A stretch of 64,000 bases of DNA, taken from Hydrolagus colliei. Lineage: Eukaryota. A program made the translations under genes and the position numbers. Shown here piece by piece: positions 41,270 to 53,180 of the stretch. The notes beneath the pieces were generated by a model. That model ran no database searches and was not told where the DNA came from. It saw only the letters and a program-made list of their open reading frames with translations. Every line of letters begins with the position of its first letter. Within the stretch, counting starts at the first letter, position 1. The DNA lies in NCBI GenBank assembly GCA_035084275.1, contig CM068757.1, positions 5,146,001 through 5,210,000 of the forward strand. The letters are read 5' to 3'.

Positions 41270-41603
41270 AGAGGTCCCGATCCCTGACTGTTCAGCGCCT
41301 TGGGATGTCCCCACCCACCGACGTGAAAGTGTTCAATCCACGACCGTGTGTGAGACACTGCTGTGCGCAATTGGCTGCTGCGTTTTGCCCACAAATATAC
41401 AGTCAATTCACTTTACAGTATATTTTGTGAAGCACTTTGAGACGTCTAGTAGACGTGAAAAGCCCTATATCAAATGCAAGGATTATTATTATGCAAAACA
41501 CAGTCACCACACACTTTCCAGTAAATCCTGTAAAGTACTTTGTGATATTCTCTCACCTTGAAAGGTGAAATATCAAATGCAAGGATTATTATTTATTATT
41601 ATT
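41270..41603 (+). mobile_element. Stack of three 3' ends: L2 tail (41270-41330), SINE 3' half (41332-41492), older SINE tail (41497-41603)
   Basis: ctgttcagcgccttgggatgtcc..gacgtgaaag; caatccacgac...gcaaggattattatt; acacagtcacc...aaatgcaaggattattatt. Confidence 0.88.
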
Positions 41604-44090
41604 AGAAACCCATTGATAACCTTTACTCTAAAAGTTTTGTGCAGGTGAGATGATTATCTTACTAAACTTTCAGTACTGCTAAACAGAAAGCAAATTTCTT
41701 GCAGTTTTGTGCTGAATGAACAGACTTCCTTTTAACGGCAAGCACCATAATGTATTCAATCAGCACTGCTATCAATGTCTTTAGCATTAGACTCCAGCAC
41801 CAATATAATCATTCTACCCTGATCTAATGCCTGGTAAAATTTTATTATCATCAAATCTTTTACCTTCAGAAATGCAGGGAATGTTTATGGGCTCGCTTTT
41901 TTTAAAAGAGCATTATATTAACGAGAGCTAGGGAGATAAATAACAATAAAAATCTAAATTATGAAGAGCAGAGCTTTCATATTTTAAATGCACAGTGATG
42001 TTCTTTGACTATAGTGTGCTGTTGCTAAGCAACCTTAAATTAACCTCCGTTGGTACAGTTGTAAAATCTGTGGCTGAAACTCCAATTATTTTGAAGTGTC
42101 TATTTTCCAGGGCAGTGAATGATCATGGGTAATTATTGAGAATCTAACACTTGTACACTGCACATATGTAAGGGGCCATGCCACCCTTTGCACTCACTGC
42201 TTTACTCACATGAAGACCAAAATAATTGCTCTCCAACATCACAGCTTCGGAATCACACGACAAATTGCTTCATTAATTTATGGGCTGTGTATAATGCAAA
42301 GCTGCCTGTGTCGTCATCGATTATTAACAGAGCATTAACAGCTGTAAAAGACATGGCATTTATTTTGCTGTTCACTCTGGTGTCTGTAGTGACAATAGTA
42401 AACCGCTGAGGTCAAGCCTCGAGTCCACTGTCGGACGGTGGTAGTGTATGTGCTTTCAATACTTCTACTTGTTTTCTACAACTTACAAAGTTATTCCCAA
42501 CTGTGTGAAATGGTCTCGTTCCATTTGCTGTCTGTTTCGGAATAACCAGAACAGCATAAAATGTTATTTCCCAGATGGAACCAGAATACCTACGGGATGT
42601 GGTGTTTCGCTGCTGAAAGGGTCACCTCACTCCATCACAATATCTCCTGGGTGGAAAGATGTGCATAGATACACTAGTACCTCAAAGATTATAATAATGG
42701 TCGTGAAAGCTACAGAATAGTCACCTGCCCCCACTTGGTAAGTGTGTGTCTGGGCTGTACTCTCAGAAAATTAACCCACAGAGCCATTCGGCGAGTGAGT
42801 ACAGTGGGATTCCAATAGCTGTGCTGGTTTGCGCTCTATCATACTCTGGTATTACCAGGTCAATAACAGAGTAAAGAACATGTGATGCCACTCGCTTCTT
42901 TCTTCAGAATTATTAGGTTCTGGGTCCATTCGTGTAAAAATGATTTTTCACAGATTTTGTTTCTGTAATTTGAGTCCGGGGAAGGCCCATTATAAATCAT
43001 TGATCAGTAAGCTCACATTACAGTGACCACTTGACAATGGCCACAGTGCTATATTGTGTAAAAAAAATGCACATTACAATGGATGCAATGCGGTATTATG
43101 CAATGGATTTCAGAATTGATGTATTCTTTGCCCTGTTGCTAGTTTTAACTCACGTGGAATATGTCCCTATTGCGCCAACATTAATGTCAATCTTTACTTT
43201 GTAGGCTAATGTCTGGGTAAATAGTGTGTGTGTGTGTATGTGTACATAATGTACGACCTGTAACTGATGGTTATAGGTAAAGAGAGCTATGAGCAGTGAA
43301 GTTAGGACTCTGTGCTTTGAAATGCAGACAATAATGGCAAGGCTGCGCAAGCTGACATGTGAGTTATTCGCTGCCGTGGGTTACTCAATGGTGAACTATT
43401 ACTCAGAAAAGGATCGTACGTGACTCTCAAGTCGCTCTCAGAGAAACCTCAAATTCGAGAATACATCTACTTAACACATCAGGGATTTAATTTAGGAGAT
43501 TTTCTACTTGGGTCCATCAATTGTAAAGCAGTGGGGTCTTGTTTATGCAAAGAAAACGTTGCAAGGTTAGCACTTTCATTGTACGTGAAATTTTATTCCC
43601 TGCATATTTATAGATGTTTCCTGTGCATGTCCCCTGACCTCAGGTGTTCCTGTGGCCCATTCCTAATGTTGCTGAGATGTGGATACTACATGTTTCTCAA
43701 AGAGTCGTGCTGTAAACTGGAAAAATGCTGAACCCACTTAAGGGATTCTACCCTCGATGGTACACTTGTCACAGAATAATCCAGTTTACTGTAGGGCTCT
43801 TCCATTTGGTGGCATGAAACACATTACGGATGGCATTAAAACTGGTGATGGTTTAAGGTGGGCATAGGATCTATAGTTTTGTGCCTCAGCACTCTAAACT
43901 TATGTCTGTTTGTCTTCACTGAAATCATACTAACTCGCTTATGGGAAGTCTTTGATGGCTAATTGTTGTAGACTTGCATAGATTGCAGTATCCATCAGCT
44001 GTGCATTTATTAGGATGGAGATTGGTCAGACATCTGGTGTGATGTTTCTCGATGGTCTTATGGAAATGGGACACAGAGAATTTGGATCGT

Positions 44091-44411
44091 GATAATCGTG
44101 ATAATAATCCTTGCATTTGATGTAGTGCTTTTCATGTCTTCTAGATGTCTCAAAGCGTTTCACAGAATATACTGTAGAGTGAATTGACTGTATATTCGTG
44201 GACGAAACACGGCAGCCAATTGCGCAGAGCAGTGTCCCACAAACAGTCATGGATTGAAAATGACCATTTATTATTGGGATGTTTTCTGAGGGATTATTAT
44301 TAAACTCGTGGAGTAAGGAAACTTGTCCAAGGTTTCGCCCTGCCTGGAATCAAACCCAGGTGTCTTGTTTGCAAGGCAAGTGCTCAAACCACTGAGCTAC
44401 AGGACTCCACA
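44091..44411 (-). mobile_element. Full-length tRNA-derived SINE
   Basis: Ends ...ccactgagctacaggactccaca, the reverse complement of the SINE head. Confidence 0.95.
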
Positions 44412-44560
44412 ATATACACTTTGCTCCAGTGACGTTGGATTTGCTGATTCCATCTGAGTGAAACACTGTTGATGGATTGTGAAAAGGTAACTCCAGGGAA
44501 GGACAGAAAAGGAGAAGGACGTGTGATTTACTGTGTCATGGTTCAGTTGTCATGGCAGAG

Positions 44561-44596
44561 GTGTGTGTGTGTGTGTGCGCGTGTGCGTGTGTGTGT
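44561..44596. repeat. (GT)n/(GC)n microsatellite
   Basis: gtgtgtgtgtgtgtgtgcgcgtgtgcgtgtgtgtgt. Confidence 0.9.
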
Positions 44597-46892
44597 GAGG
44601 TTGTGTGGGGGGATGGGAAGCAGTGTAGAGTGTGACATTGTCAGGGTTATCACATCGACCAAACATGCAGTTGATAGTTACCACTGACCTCAAGGAGTGG
44701 GTTCACTCCGAACTCTGTTTCTAAATATTGACTGTTTTTCTTAACTGCAGTGGTCAATGTGAGAATCATCATATTAATGTACATCTCATTTCTTTCCCCT
44801 CCTCTACACCTGTAAGATGTTGTGCCACATTTTCATTAAATGTTTCGCAATATAATTATTTTCTCTTACACGGAGCTTGCTCTCTCGCACCTAATTACTT
44901 TCCAGCACCCAATTAACACCAGACGACGACAACAACAACAACTAACACTGTGGGAATAACAAAGAACGACAAGACCACCCAGGATTTGTTTCATTTCCAT
45001 TGTCTGCCCCTCATTACTGATACTGAAATACCTTTGTACGAAATGTGGTTTACAGCAGGCAGCATTCATTTTAGTGACTTTGTGGCCCAGGATTAATATC
45101 TGAGCTCTCTGCCTGCACTAGATGTTAATGCTTGCTTGCATAATTGGGAAGATGGAGTGTCATTCACTGAATAACAAAAAGCTTCTAAAGGGCCTTCAGC
45201 CACATAGCACCTACCTTATCATCAGCCGAGTAAGTCTCTCAAGGCCCATAAAGATGAATGATAGCAACATTTCTCCCCATAACTACCTGCCGGAAGCTTG
45301 TAAACAAAAAATTGACATCCCATTGGATAAAAGGCTGATGAATTGTGGTATCTTTGCACCTTTGACCTTGTCTCAGCAGCAAAAATAAGGGTGGGCAGGC
45401 GGGTGGGTGTGGGGGGGAGAGAGAAGTTAGGAAAATGACCGCTGGCTCTATTAAAGCAGAACAAAATGTAGTCTCGTTCGAGTAATGGACACTAATGAAG
45501 AGAGCGCCCTTGTTCACAATACTGAGGTATTAATTTCTGTGATCCTGTAATTACGGCAAATGAAAGGACCTTTGTGTTAACAAGGACGTACTCCTTGCTA
45601 AACAGTTACTGTCCTAGCCATAGGCTAATGCATGTTTGCAATTTGTGGAAATTAACGGGATGTTGCAAATTTGAGACTAAAGTCTTTCTGGAAACAATTA
45701 TCGCAGAAAACCATCAGTCTCGAAGCACTGATTGGAGCAGAAAGGCACGTTAGGATGTCTAGTGGTTTAATGGCTGCCGCATTTACCTTCTTAAGATTGA
45801 ATTAGATTTGGAACCCAATCTCAAAACCCATCTCCATTTTGACTTTGAAGCAGCTCCAAGCTTTTCACAGCAATTACTGTTAACTTAATTGAGGTTTTTT
45901 TTTGCAGGTAAACACGGGAGCTATTTTGGCGGGCAATAAACTCCCACAAACTGTTGCTTAATCATAAAAGTTCTGGTTAGCTTCTTGAAAGTGCAGCTTC
46001 GGAACAAACATCTTCATAAGAAGCTCTCCTTAAAATCACACAGCGGCGAAGTATTATCTTCAGTCCCAGCCAGCTTTTGGTTTAATTTTCTCTTCTTTAA
46101 CTTTTATCCTCACAATATCACAAAATTAGTTCTGATCATATCCTTCCAGAGCAGCTGCCCTACCATACTCCCATCGCAGTGTTGAGTAGTTTTTTTTTGT
46201 ACATAATACTTGCTCTCAGGCAGTCCCTGACCTGCAGACTGAGAACATGTAAAACCCATTTGCCTACATTCAGGTCTTCTGTTCAGAATGTTGTAAGCCA
46301 TCTGGGTTCCAGCAGGTCAGAGCTACGAAATGAGAAGGGCAAGAAGCTAGTGGCTCCCTGGGTAAGAGCGGTGGGAGTGTTTTGTCCTTTCTACGGGCAG
46401 TTAAGTTACTGATACAGAGTTAAGACCATTTGTGGAGGGAGACTTGCACTGGCCTATGACTTGATACTGTGCTGTTCCATTATTTATTGCAAGCCTTCTA
46501 ATTAGTATTGAGGAGTGTGCAAAGTGGACTGTGTGCCACACCTAGGCAATCTGGCAGATTAAGTGTTACCTTAATGAAGGGGCTCCGCAGCAGAGGCAAA
46601 CCCAATGAGATCAAGAGCTGTCACTTCGGTTTAAGAAATGAGGTTGTGGAATGCTTAGCGCATTGCTAACTTCATGAATAACAAGCTGTTCTCATCTGTT
46701 AGGTGATCTTCACCTATCTTTCATTTTCCAAAGCGGAATTACGGTGAGGCTCTGGCTCTGATTAAGTGGACCCTTTTACTTGTTTGACCGGAATCATTCA
46801 GAACATTTATTGCTAGGGTGGGTTTGGCGGCATCAGTTGATCTCAGTGATTACCCTGTTTATTGCCCTTGACTCCCCCATTGTGATTGAAAC

Positions 46893-47040
46893 ATAATAAT
46901 AATACTTAAATTTGATGCAGCTCCCATCACTTCTGGAGGATGTCTTGGAGCACTTCACATTATTTACTGTAAAGTGTAGAGACTGTATTTTTGAAAGTGA
47001 TCACGGCAGCCAGCTAAAGCACAACAGTGTTCCACCAACC
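46893..47040 (-). mobile_element. Older SINE 3' half
   Basis: ataataataat...gcacttcaca...tactgtaaagtg..gactgtattt...cggcagcca. Confidence 0.75.
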
Positions 47041-47300
47041 ACAAAGTGAGGGATCAATTTGATTTACAGTGGGATGAGATGGGAGGAGAGAGCAAAGTAG
47101 ATGTTCTTGGGTGTTATCCAGTAGGTGCCTGTAAACATGCTGAATCATCAGCTTGTTGTATGACAGTCTTGTGTTACTCATCTTAAAATCCTCAATTCAA
47201 AACTGTCATATTGAGTGAGTGGGGGTGTGATGGGGCGAATAGAGGAAAATGAAATAGCATTTTGCTGTCGCCTTTTGTCTTCGTTCCATCTTTATTCTTT

Positions 47301-47407
47301 ATAATAATAAATAATAACAATCCTTGCATTTAATATTGCGCCGTCTCACGTCTTCAAGATGTCTCAAAGCGCTTAACAGAATATACTGTAACGTGGGTTG
47401 ACTGTAT
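47301..47407 (-). mobile_element. tRNA-SINE 3' fragment
   Basis: aatccttgcattt...gatgtctcaaagcgctt.acagaatatactgtaa. Confidence 0.85.
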
Positions 47408-47484
47408 AAGTTTGTGTTTCTCCCCCATAAAATTAAGTCAAAGTTTGAAAGGTTCTTTGTCTCTGAGACCACCACAGTGACTCG

Positions 47485-47497
47485 GGTCACAGTGACC
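47485..47497. promoter_or_regulatory. Perfect consensus estrogen response element (IR3)
   Basis: GGTCACAGTGACC matches GGTCAnnnTGACC exactly; function not shown. Confidence 0.45.
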
Positions 47498-47617
47498 AAT
47501 CAAGAATACATTTGGATCAAAGAGCTGTGGTAGGCAATACATTTCGGCAGGTGTTCATGATTGATTGACTTGCCTTCCCCAAAGCCATCATGTTGTTCCC
47601 TGCCCACACACACTCAC

Positions 47618-47632
47618 CTTGTAGCATGGCAG
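47618..47632 (-). other. Candidate 15-nt microexon
   Basis: Minus strand: ttctaat..gtgcc-T9-acatcag|CTGCCATGCTACAAG|gtgagt; splice signals only, host gene unknown. Confidence 0.35.
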
Positions 47633-48602
47633 CTGATGTAAAAAAAAAGGCACATTTCTATTAGAAACCGGCTAGGCTGTTGTAATAGTGATGGAAGTGA
47701 TATCAATCTACGGAAGTTGGCCATCCAGAATCTGTGAAGGTACCCATCCTGAGAGTGTTTAATGCACTATATTCATTGTTTTATATTGCTTGCACCATGC
47801 GGAATGAAACGCATTAAAATCCTGTTAGAATACAAGGGGTTTCCATGTGTTTAAGTGAAGTGAAGTACACTTAAAGATGATGAAGGTGCACATGGGAAAT
47901 GCATCAGTGTATCCACCCGGTAACTGTTAACGTTTGTTATTTGCAGTGTTAACAGTTTACTGAAATAGTGCCTAAATGAATTTGTGTGTCTCTTCGCGTA
48001 TCGTGCAGATGTAAGGAATGGCGCAGTCATTCTGACTAGAGGATGAGAATGTTTTTATCCTTTCTGATGCAGGTTGAAATTCTGTTAACTGTCTGTGTTG
48101 ATAGGGCATCGATTCTTGCCACCACACCGGCGCAGACACATTGCCAGGCTTGCTAAATCTTCTAGGGGAATGGGGGAAGAAGAGAAATAATGATGAGGGC
48201 ATTTCATTGAGGGTAAACAAAGCCCAAAATTAAACCCAAGTTTCCCAAGGTTGTTCTTTGGTCTAAAAGGGCAGGAAATGAGTTTGCTCGGCAAGGTGTG
48301 ATCTCACTCTCTCTCCTGATACGTTTGCTTGCTCGCAGCATCTATTTCTTGTATCTGCGACGTTTACGTTGGATTTCTGTGCACTGCGGGAATCTGCAGC
48401 TTTTGTTCGCTGTAAAACTGGCCTGCAGCAAAGCAGAAATAACATCAAATCAACAAAACTGGTTTGCATTGATTGCAAGTCACATGCCAATGCTGAATTA
48501 AAGACTCCCTTTCCCATGAACTGGTGGATCACTCCTGTGAACTGGATCAAAGCAGTTTCTTGGTGCGCTTAATAGTGGCAAAGCAGGACATCGTAAGTAA
48601 GT

Positions 48603-48635
48603 GAGCGAGCGAGCGAGCGAGCAAGCAAGCAAGCA
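48603..48635. repeat. Compound tetranucleotide microsatellite (GAGC)n(AAGC)n
   Basis: gagcgagcgagcgagcgagcaagcaagcaagcaa. Confidence 0.9.
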
Positions 48636-48830
48636 ACTAAGTATGGTCGAAGAGGAAGGTCTTTGTTCATGAGCTAAAAGAAGGGAAGGAGGGGCAAGGC
48701 AGAGGGATTGAGGAAGAGGTTCAAAGCTTCTGATTTGTTAGATTTGTATGTTATTTAGATACGAGCAAGGGATGAGGTCATTATACACTCCACAAAACAT
48801 CATAAAGTTCCTGTGAAAGTGACTTTCACG

Positions 48831-49901
48831 CTCGCCTGGTTCGAGTCCTACCTCACAACCCGCCAGCAGTACATCTCCACAAACGGCTTTTCCTCCCGCT
48901 CTCACCAGGTTACCAGTATGGTACCCCAGGGATCCATCTTGGCCCCATCCTCTTCCTTATCCACACTCTCCCTCTTGCGGATGTCATCCGCAGACATGGG
49001 GCACACTTCCACATGTTTGCCAATGACACCCAACTCTACTTTTCCACTTCACTTTGCGAACCCCAATCCCCTGATGTTCTGTCAGCCTGCCTGTCAGACA
49101 TCAGGAGCTGGATGAGCGCGAACTTCCTGCAGCTGAATGTCGACAAGACGGAAGCCATACTCTTTGGCTCTCGTCTCCATTCGCACGGCTCTCACCTCCT
49201 CCACCTTCCCAGGCTGCCCCTAAAACTCTCCGAACCTGTGCGCAACTTTGGCATCAGGTTCCACCCCCAACTGTCATTCCTCCCCCACATCCGGTCCCTC
49301 ACCAGCACCGCCTTCTACCACATCCGATGGATCGCCCGTCTTGGCAATACCTCAGCCCAAAAGCCACTGAAACCTTGGTCCATGCCTTTGTCACCTCTCG
49401 GCTGGACTTTTGCAATGCCCTCCTCTCCAGTCTCCCCTCCACCACAATCCACAAAAAACAGCTAATTCAAAACTCTGCTGCCCGCATATTCACCCGCTCC
49501 AAGCTTCACTCCCCCATTACCCCAGTCCTTGCCAGACTGCACTGGGTCCCTGTCCCTGAGAGGATCGACTTCAAGGTCCTCACCCTTGTTTTCAAGTCCC
49601 TCCACTCCTCTGCACCCTCCACCGGGTCTGGCCTCCTCCGTGCCCCCGAATCCTCCGCTCCACCCTCGGCGGTTGTACCTTCACCCACTATGCCCCGAGG
49701 CTCTGGAACTCCCTTCTTCACTCCCTTCACCTCGCCCACTCTCTTCTGAGTTTAAAGTCACAGCTAAAGACCTTTCTCTTCGACCGCACCTTTGGTCACC
49801 TTTCTACCCCTGCCCCTGGCTCAGTCCCGGGATCCGCTATTGTGAAGCGCGCCAAGACACCATCCAGCGTGGAGGGCGCTGTATAAATCGAAGTTGTTGT
49901 T
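48831..49901 (+). mobile_element. 5'-truncated L2 LINE; frameshifted reverse-transcriptase ORF2 remnant
   Basis: Across frames: LAWFESYL, VPQGSIL, FANDTQLY (YADD-like), [45 protein letters not shown]; (GTT)n tail. Confidence 0.95.
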
Positions 49902-49931
49902 ATAAAAACACCTTTAATAGACCGATCACAT

Positions 49932-49936
49932 ACACA

Positions 49937-49968
<32 letters not shown>
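49932..49968. repeat. (CA)n microsatellite
   Basis: Direct inspection. Confidence 0.95.
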
Positions 49969-49970
<2 letters not shown>

Positions 49971-50665
49971 TTGTGCATGTCCTGTCAGATCTGTTCTGCT
50001 CCTACAGATGGTGCCATAATTGGTCTTTCACTGCTGACTGTGACATGTCTTCTACTCTAAACTTCCTACATTTCTTAAAGTTAATAATGTCCCAATGGAT
50101 CCAGCTGTTGAGTCTCTTACACAACCATCAAAACACATTGTCACCACATATGTAAAACCGCCTCATACTGTATTTGTAAGCAAAAAAAACTTCAGAGGGT
50201 GCCTGCCTGAAGGTTTATTCTAAACAATATTTGAAACTTTGTGAAACAAAGTCGTATCTACTTTTAATGGATATAATGTTGATCCCGTGCTTTTCTATTT
50301 CAGCATAAAGTGTGCAAGAGCATTCATTGTCTTGAAAATAATGGCAGTGTCCTCCATTGCTGCATATCTTGTGAGTTTCTGATTAAAGTACAGCAAACTG
50401 TAGCCTTCACAAAATACATGATTTGTTTGGTGAAGTAATGAATGCTGCTACAGTAGAAAGTAAAAGAGGTTCAATACACAACAGTGTGGTGGAATATTTG
50501 CAGTGCATCACGTCAAAGATGTTTCTTTTTGGCAGAAACTTTCCAGGCTTTAGGTTGACTTCAGGATCCCCACCTTTTTTGACTCTCGAGTTTCCATGAG
50601 ATACAACATTGATAGCAGCAGTTCACAGACCATTCAAGCATTGGCATGCATCATCAACATAACTC

Positions 50666-50970
50666 TGTGGAGTCCTGTAGCTCAGTGCTTAGAGCACTCG
50701 CCTTACAAGCATGAGACCTGTGTGTGATTCCAGGCAGGGCAAAACCTTGGGCAAGTTTCCTTACTCCACATGCCTAACAATAATCTGTCCAAAATGAACC
50801 TATAATAAATTGGTCATTTGATTCCACGACTGTTTGTGGGACACTGCTGTGCGCAATTGGCTGCCGCATTTAGCCCACAAATATACAGTCAATTCACTTT
50901 ACAGTGTATTCTTTGAGACGTTTAGAATACGTGAAAACACTATATCAAATGCAAGGATTATCATTATTAT
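50666..50970 (+). mobile_element. Full-length tRNA-derived SINE
   Basis: tgtggagtcctgtagctcagtgcttagagcactcgccttacaagc...aaatgcaaggattatcattatt. Confidence 0.95.
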
Positions 50971-51769
50971 AACTATTAGAGTGCTTGAATAAGGGAGAAA
51001 TTATACCTAGGCCTAGTTTTACTCTGGCTGTCTGTCTTATCTATCTTATCTATCGAGTCCCTCCGCTCCATCATCAGCGGCTGTGCCTTCGCCCACTACA
51101 CCTCAAACCTCTGGAGCTCCCTGCCTTGATCTCTCTTTGGCTTGTGGGAAACCTGATCAGCCTATATAAGGGCACGTCGTCGTTAACAAATTGATGAACT
51201 CATACTTAACTTTCAAGTCCGTTGTCTTTAACAAACATTCAGAAAACAAGCTTCAAACTCAAGGCCGCAAATAATCAAGTAAATCTAGACCTAGGTGGAA
51301 TTTCTCCAACGAATGAAAGTAAGTCCAGATACTCCTTCTTTGAGCAACTCTGCACAGCTATTTGATTGCCCTGAGGCTGCTCAGCAAGTGTGATTACCTT
51401 TTTAATGATGTCTTCAACAGGAGTTTGAGCATGTAAATATTTTTAATATCTAGATTATAACTAATTCAGAAAAATTAAAACCTGTAGGGTAGCCTATTTA
51501 TTGCTCAGACTGAGTGGGGGAATTTGATGTGTTATATTATAATTAGAGTTATATGATAATTAGCAAATCATGTACTACAATTTTTCCCTCCATGGTATAT
51601 TGTGTTACTTCTAATCAGTAATTCAAACCTTTACTTAACGACGAATGTTTAAGTTCAGATGTTTAGATCAGGTGCACAACTGAAGTCCATTTTAACACTG
51701 TACATTATGGGCGAATTTCCATTGTATTATATTATTCCACCAGAACAGGCAGATGGTGCCTTGGTTCAT

Positions 51770-51934
51770 CAGATCATCTGAAGGACCTGTCTTCTGAAGA
51801 ATATCACTTCTGAAGAATACTGTGCTCTCTGATCACTGAATTGGAATATCAACTTAAACTGAACGTCCTGACGTGAGGCTTTAATCCACAACCTTCTGTC
51901 CCCTGAGACGAGAGAGTTACCAAATCATCCAGGC
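51770..51934 (-). mobile_element. DeuSINE-like 5' head fragment
   Basis: Minus strand agcctgg...tggtaactctctcgtctcag..gacagaaggttgtggattaaagcc, similar to the heads at 28280 and 32815. Confidence 0.55.
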
Positions 51935-52856
51935 TCGAATCTAAATTGTTTAAATAAACCGTTTGGAAAAACTTATACTACCATTTCTCCCTAGCGGGTG
52001 CCAATGCAGCAAAAAATACCTGGATCTACTTCTGTCACATGTATGACTCTTTTTATGCTAGCATTACCATGGCATAAATGTTCAGATAACAGAAAACAGA
52101 AATTGCTGCCTGACCAACATCAGCATTGACCAAGTGGAGTCAACTTTGTAGCCAGTGTGCATTAATCGTAAACTTTAAATTCCGTACTGTTGCCTGTGTA
52201 CTTATCTGCTTTCTGGTGACTAAAGTAAATTGGCAGAAATATTTAGTAGGCGTACTGGCGTAAATGGGGCTTTTGCCTTATCTCTATCCCCTTCCATCTC
52301 TAATAGCACCTGTCTGATTCCCATCTTTTGTCTCTCTTGTCTGTCTTTGCCCTAGTCTTTAACCATGCCCTTGTATGTACCTGTCACACTGTTTTTAACT
52401 TTCTCAAATTGCCTGTTTCTATCGCACTGTCGCTCGGATTCTTCTTTTTGTGGCTGTCTCAATGCTACTCTATCTGTCAATCACCATCATTCTGCTTACC
52501 TGTTGACCTCAGTCTATCTGCTGCCTGTCAGACTTCTTTCTCTCCCTCTCCCTCACTATCTCTCTCTCTTTGTGTTTCTGTCCTTCAGTTTATTCTTTCT
52601 ATTTAGTTGTGTTTATTTTGCCATCGCTTCTTCAGTTGTCAAATGCCAATAAGTGCAGGCCAGTTAATGGGGAAGAATGCCAAGTCTTGCTCAGATATTC
52701 TGCAAGGCTTGGTTGCTTTTGTCTCATTCATTTTCTGCCGTTGCTCTCCCAACTTCTATGTGTTGCTGAACCACAACTCTCATTATTAAAAGCACTCGTT
52801 AAACTTTTGTTTGGAGGATGGAAAACTCTTGCATCATTTTTAGCAGTACCAGTATT

Positions 52857-53180
52857 TGTGGAGCCCTGTAGCTCGGTGGTTAGAGAACTCACCTTACAAG
52901 CATGAGACCTATGTTTCGAATCCAGGCAGGTCAGGGCGAAACCTTGGGCAAGTTTCCTTACTCCACATGCCTAATAATAATCCGTCCAAACCAAACCTAT
53001 AATAATAAATTGGTCTTGTCAATCCACGACTGTTTTGTGGGACACTGCTGTGCGCAATTGGCTGCTGCATTTCGCCCACAAATATACAGTCAATTCACTT
53101 CACAATGTATTCTGTGAAGCGCTGTGGGACGTCTAGAAGACATGAAAAGCGCGTTATCAAATGAAAGGATTATTATTATT
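52857..53180 (+). mobile_element. Full-length tRNA-derived SINE
   Basis: tgtggagccctgtagctcggtggttagag...ttcgaatcc...aaggattattattatt. Confidence 0.95.

Noticed and set aside
49529-50155. 208-aa ORF, the longest in the track
   Set aside because: It is an off-frame read through the L2 3' end and a (CA)n microsatellite.
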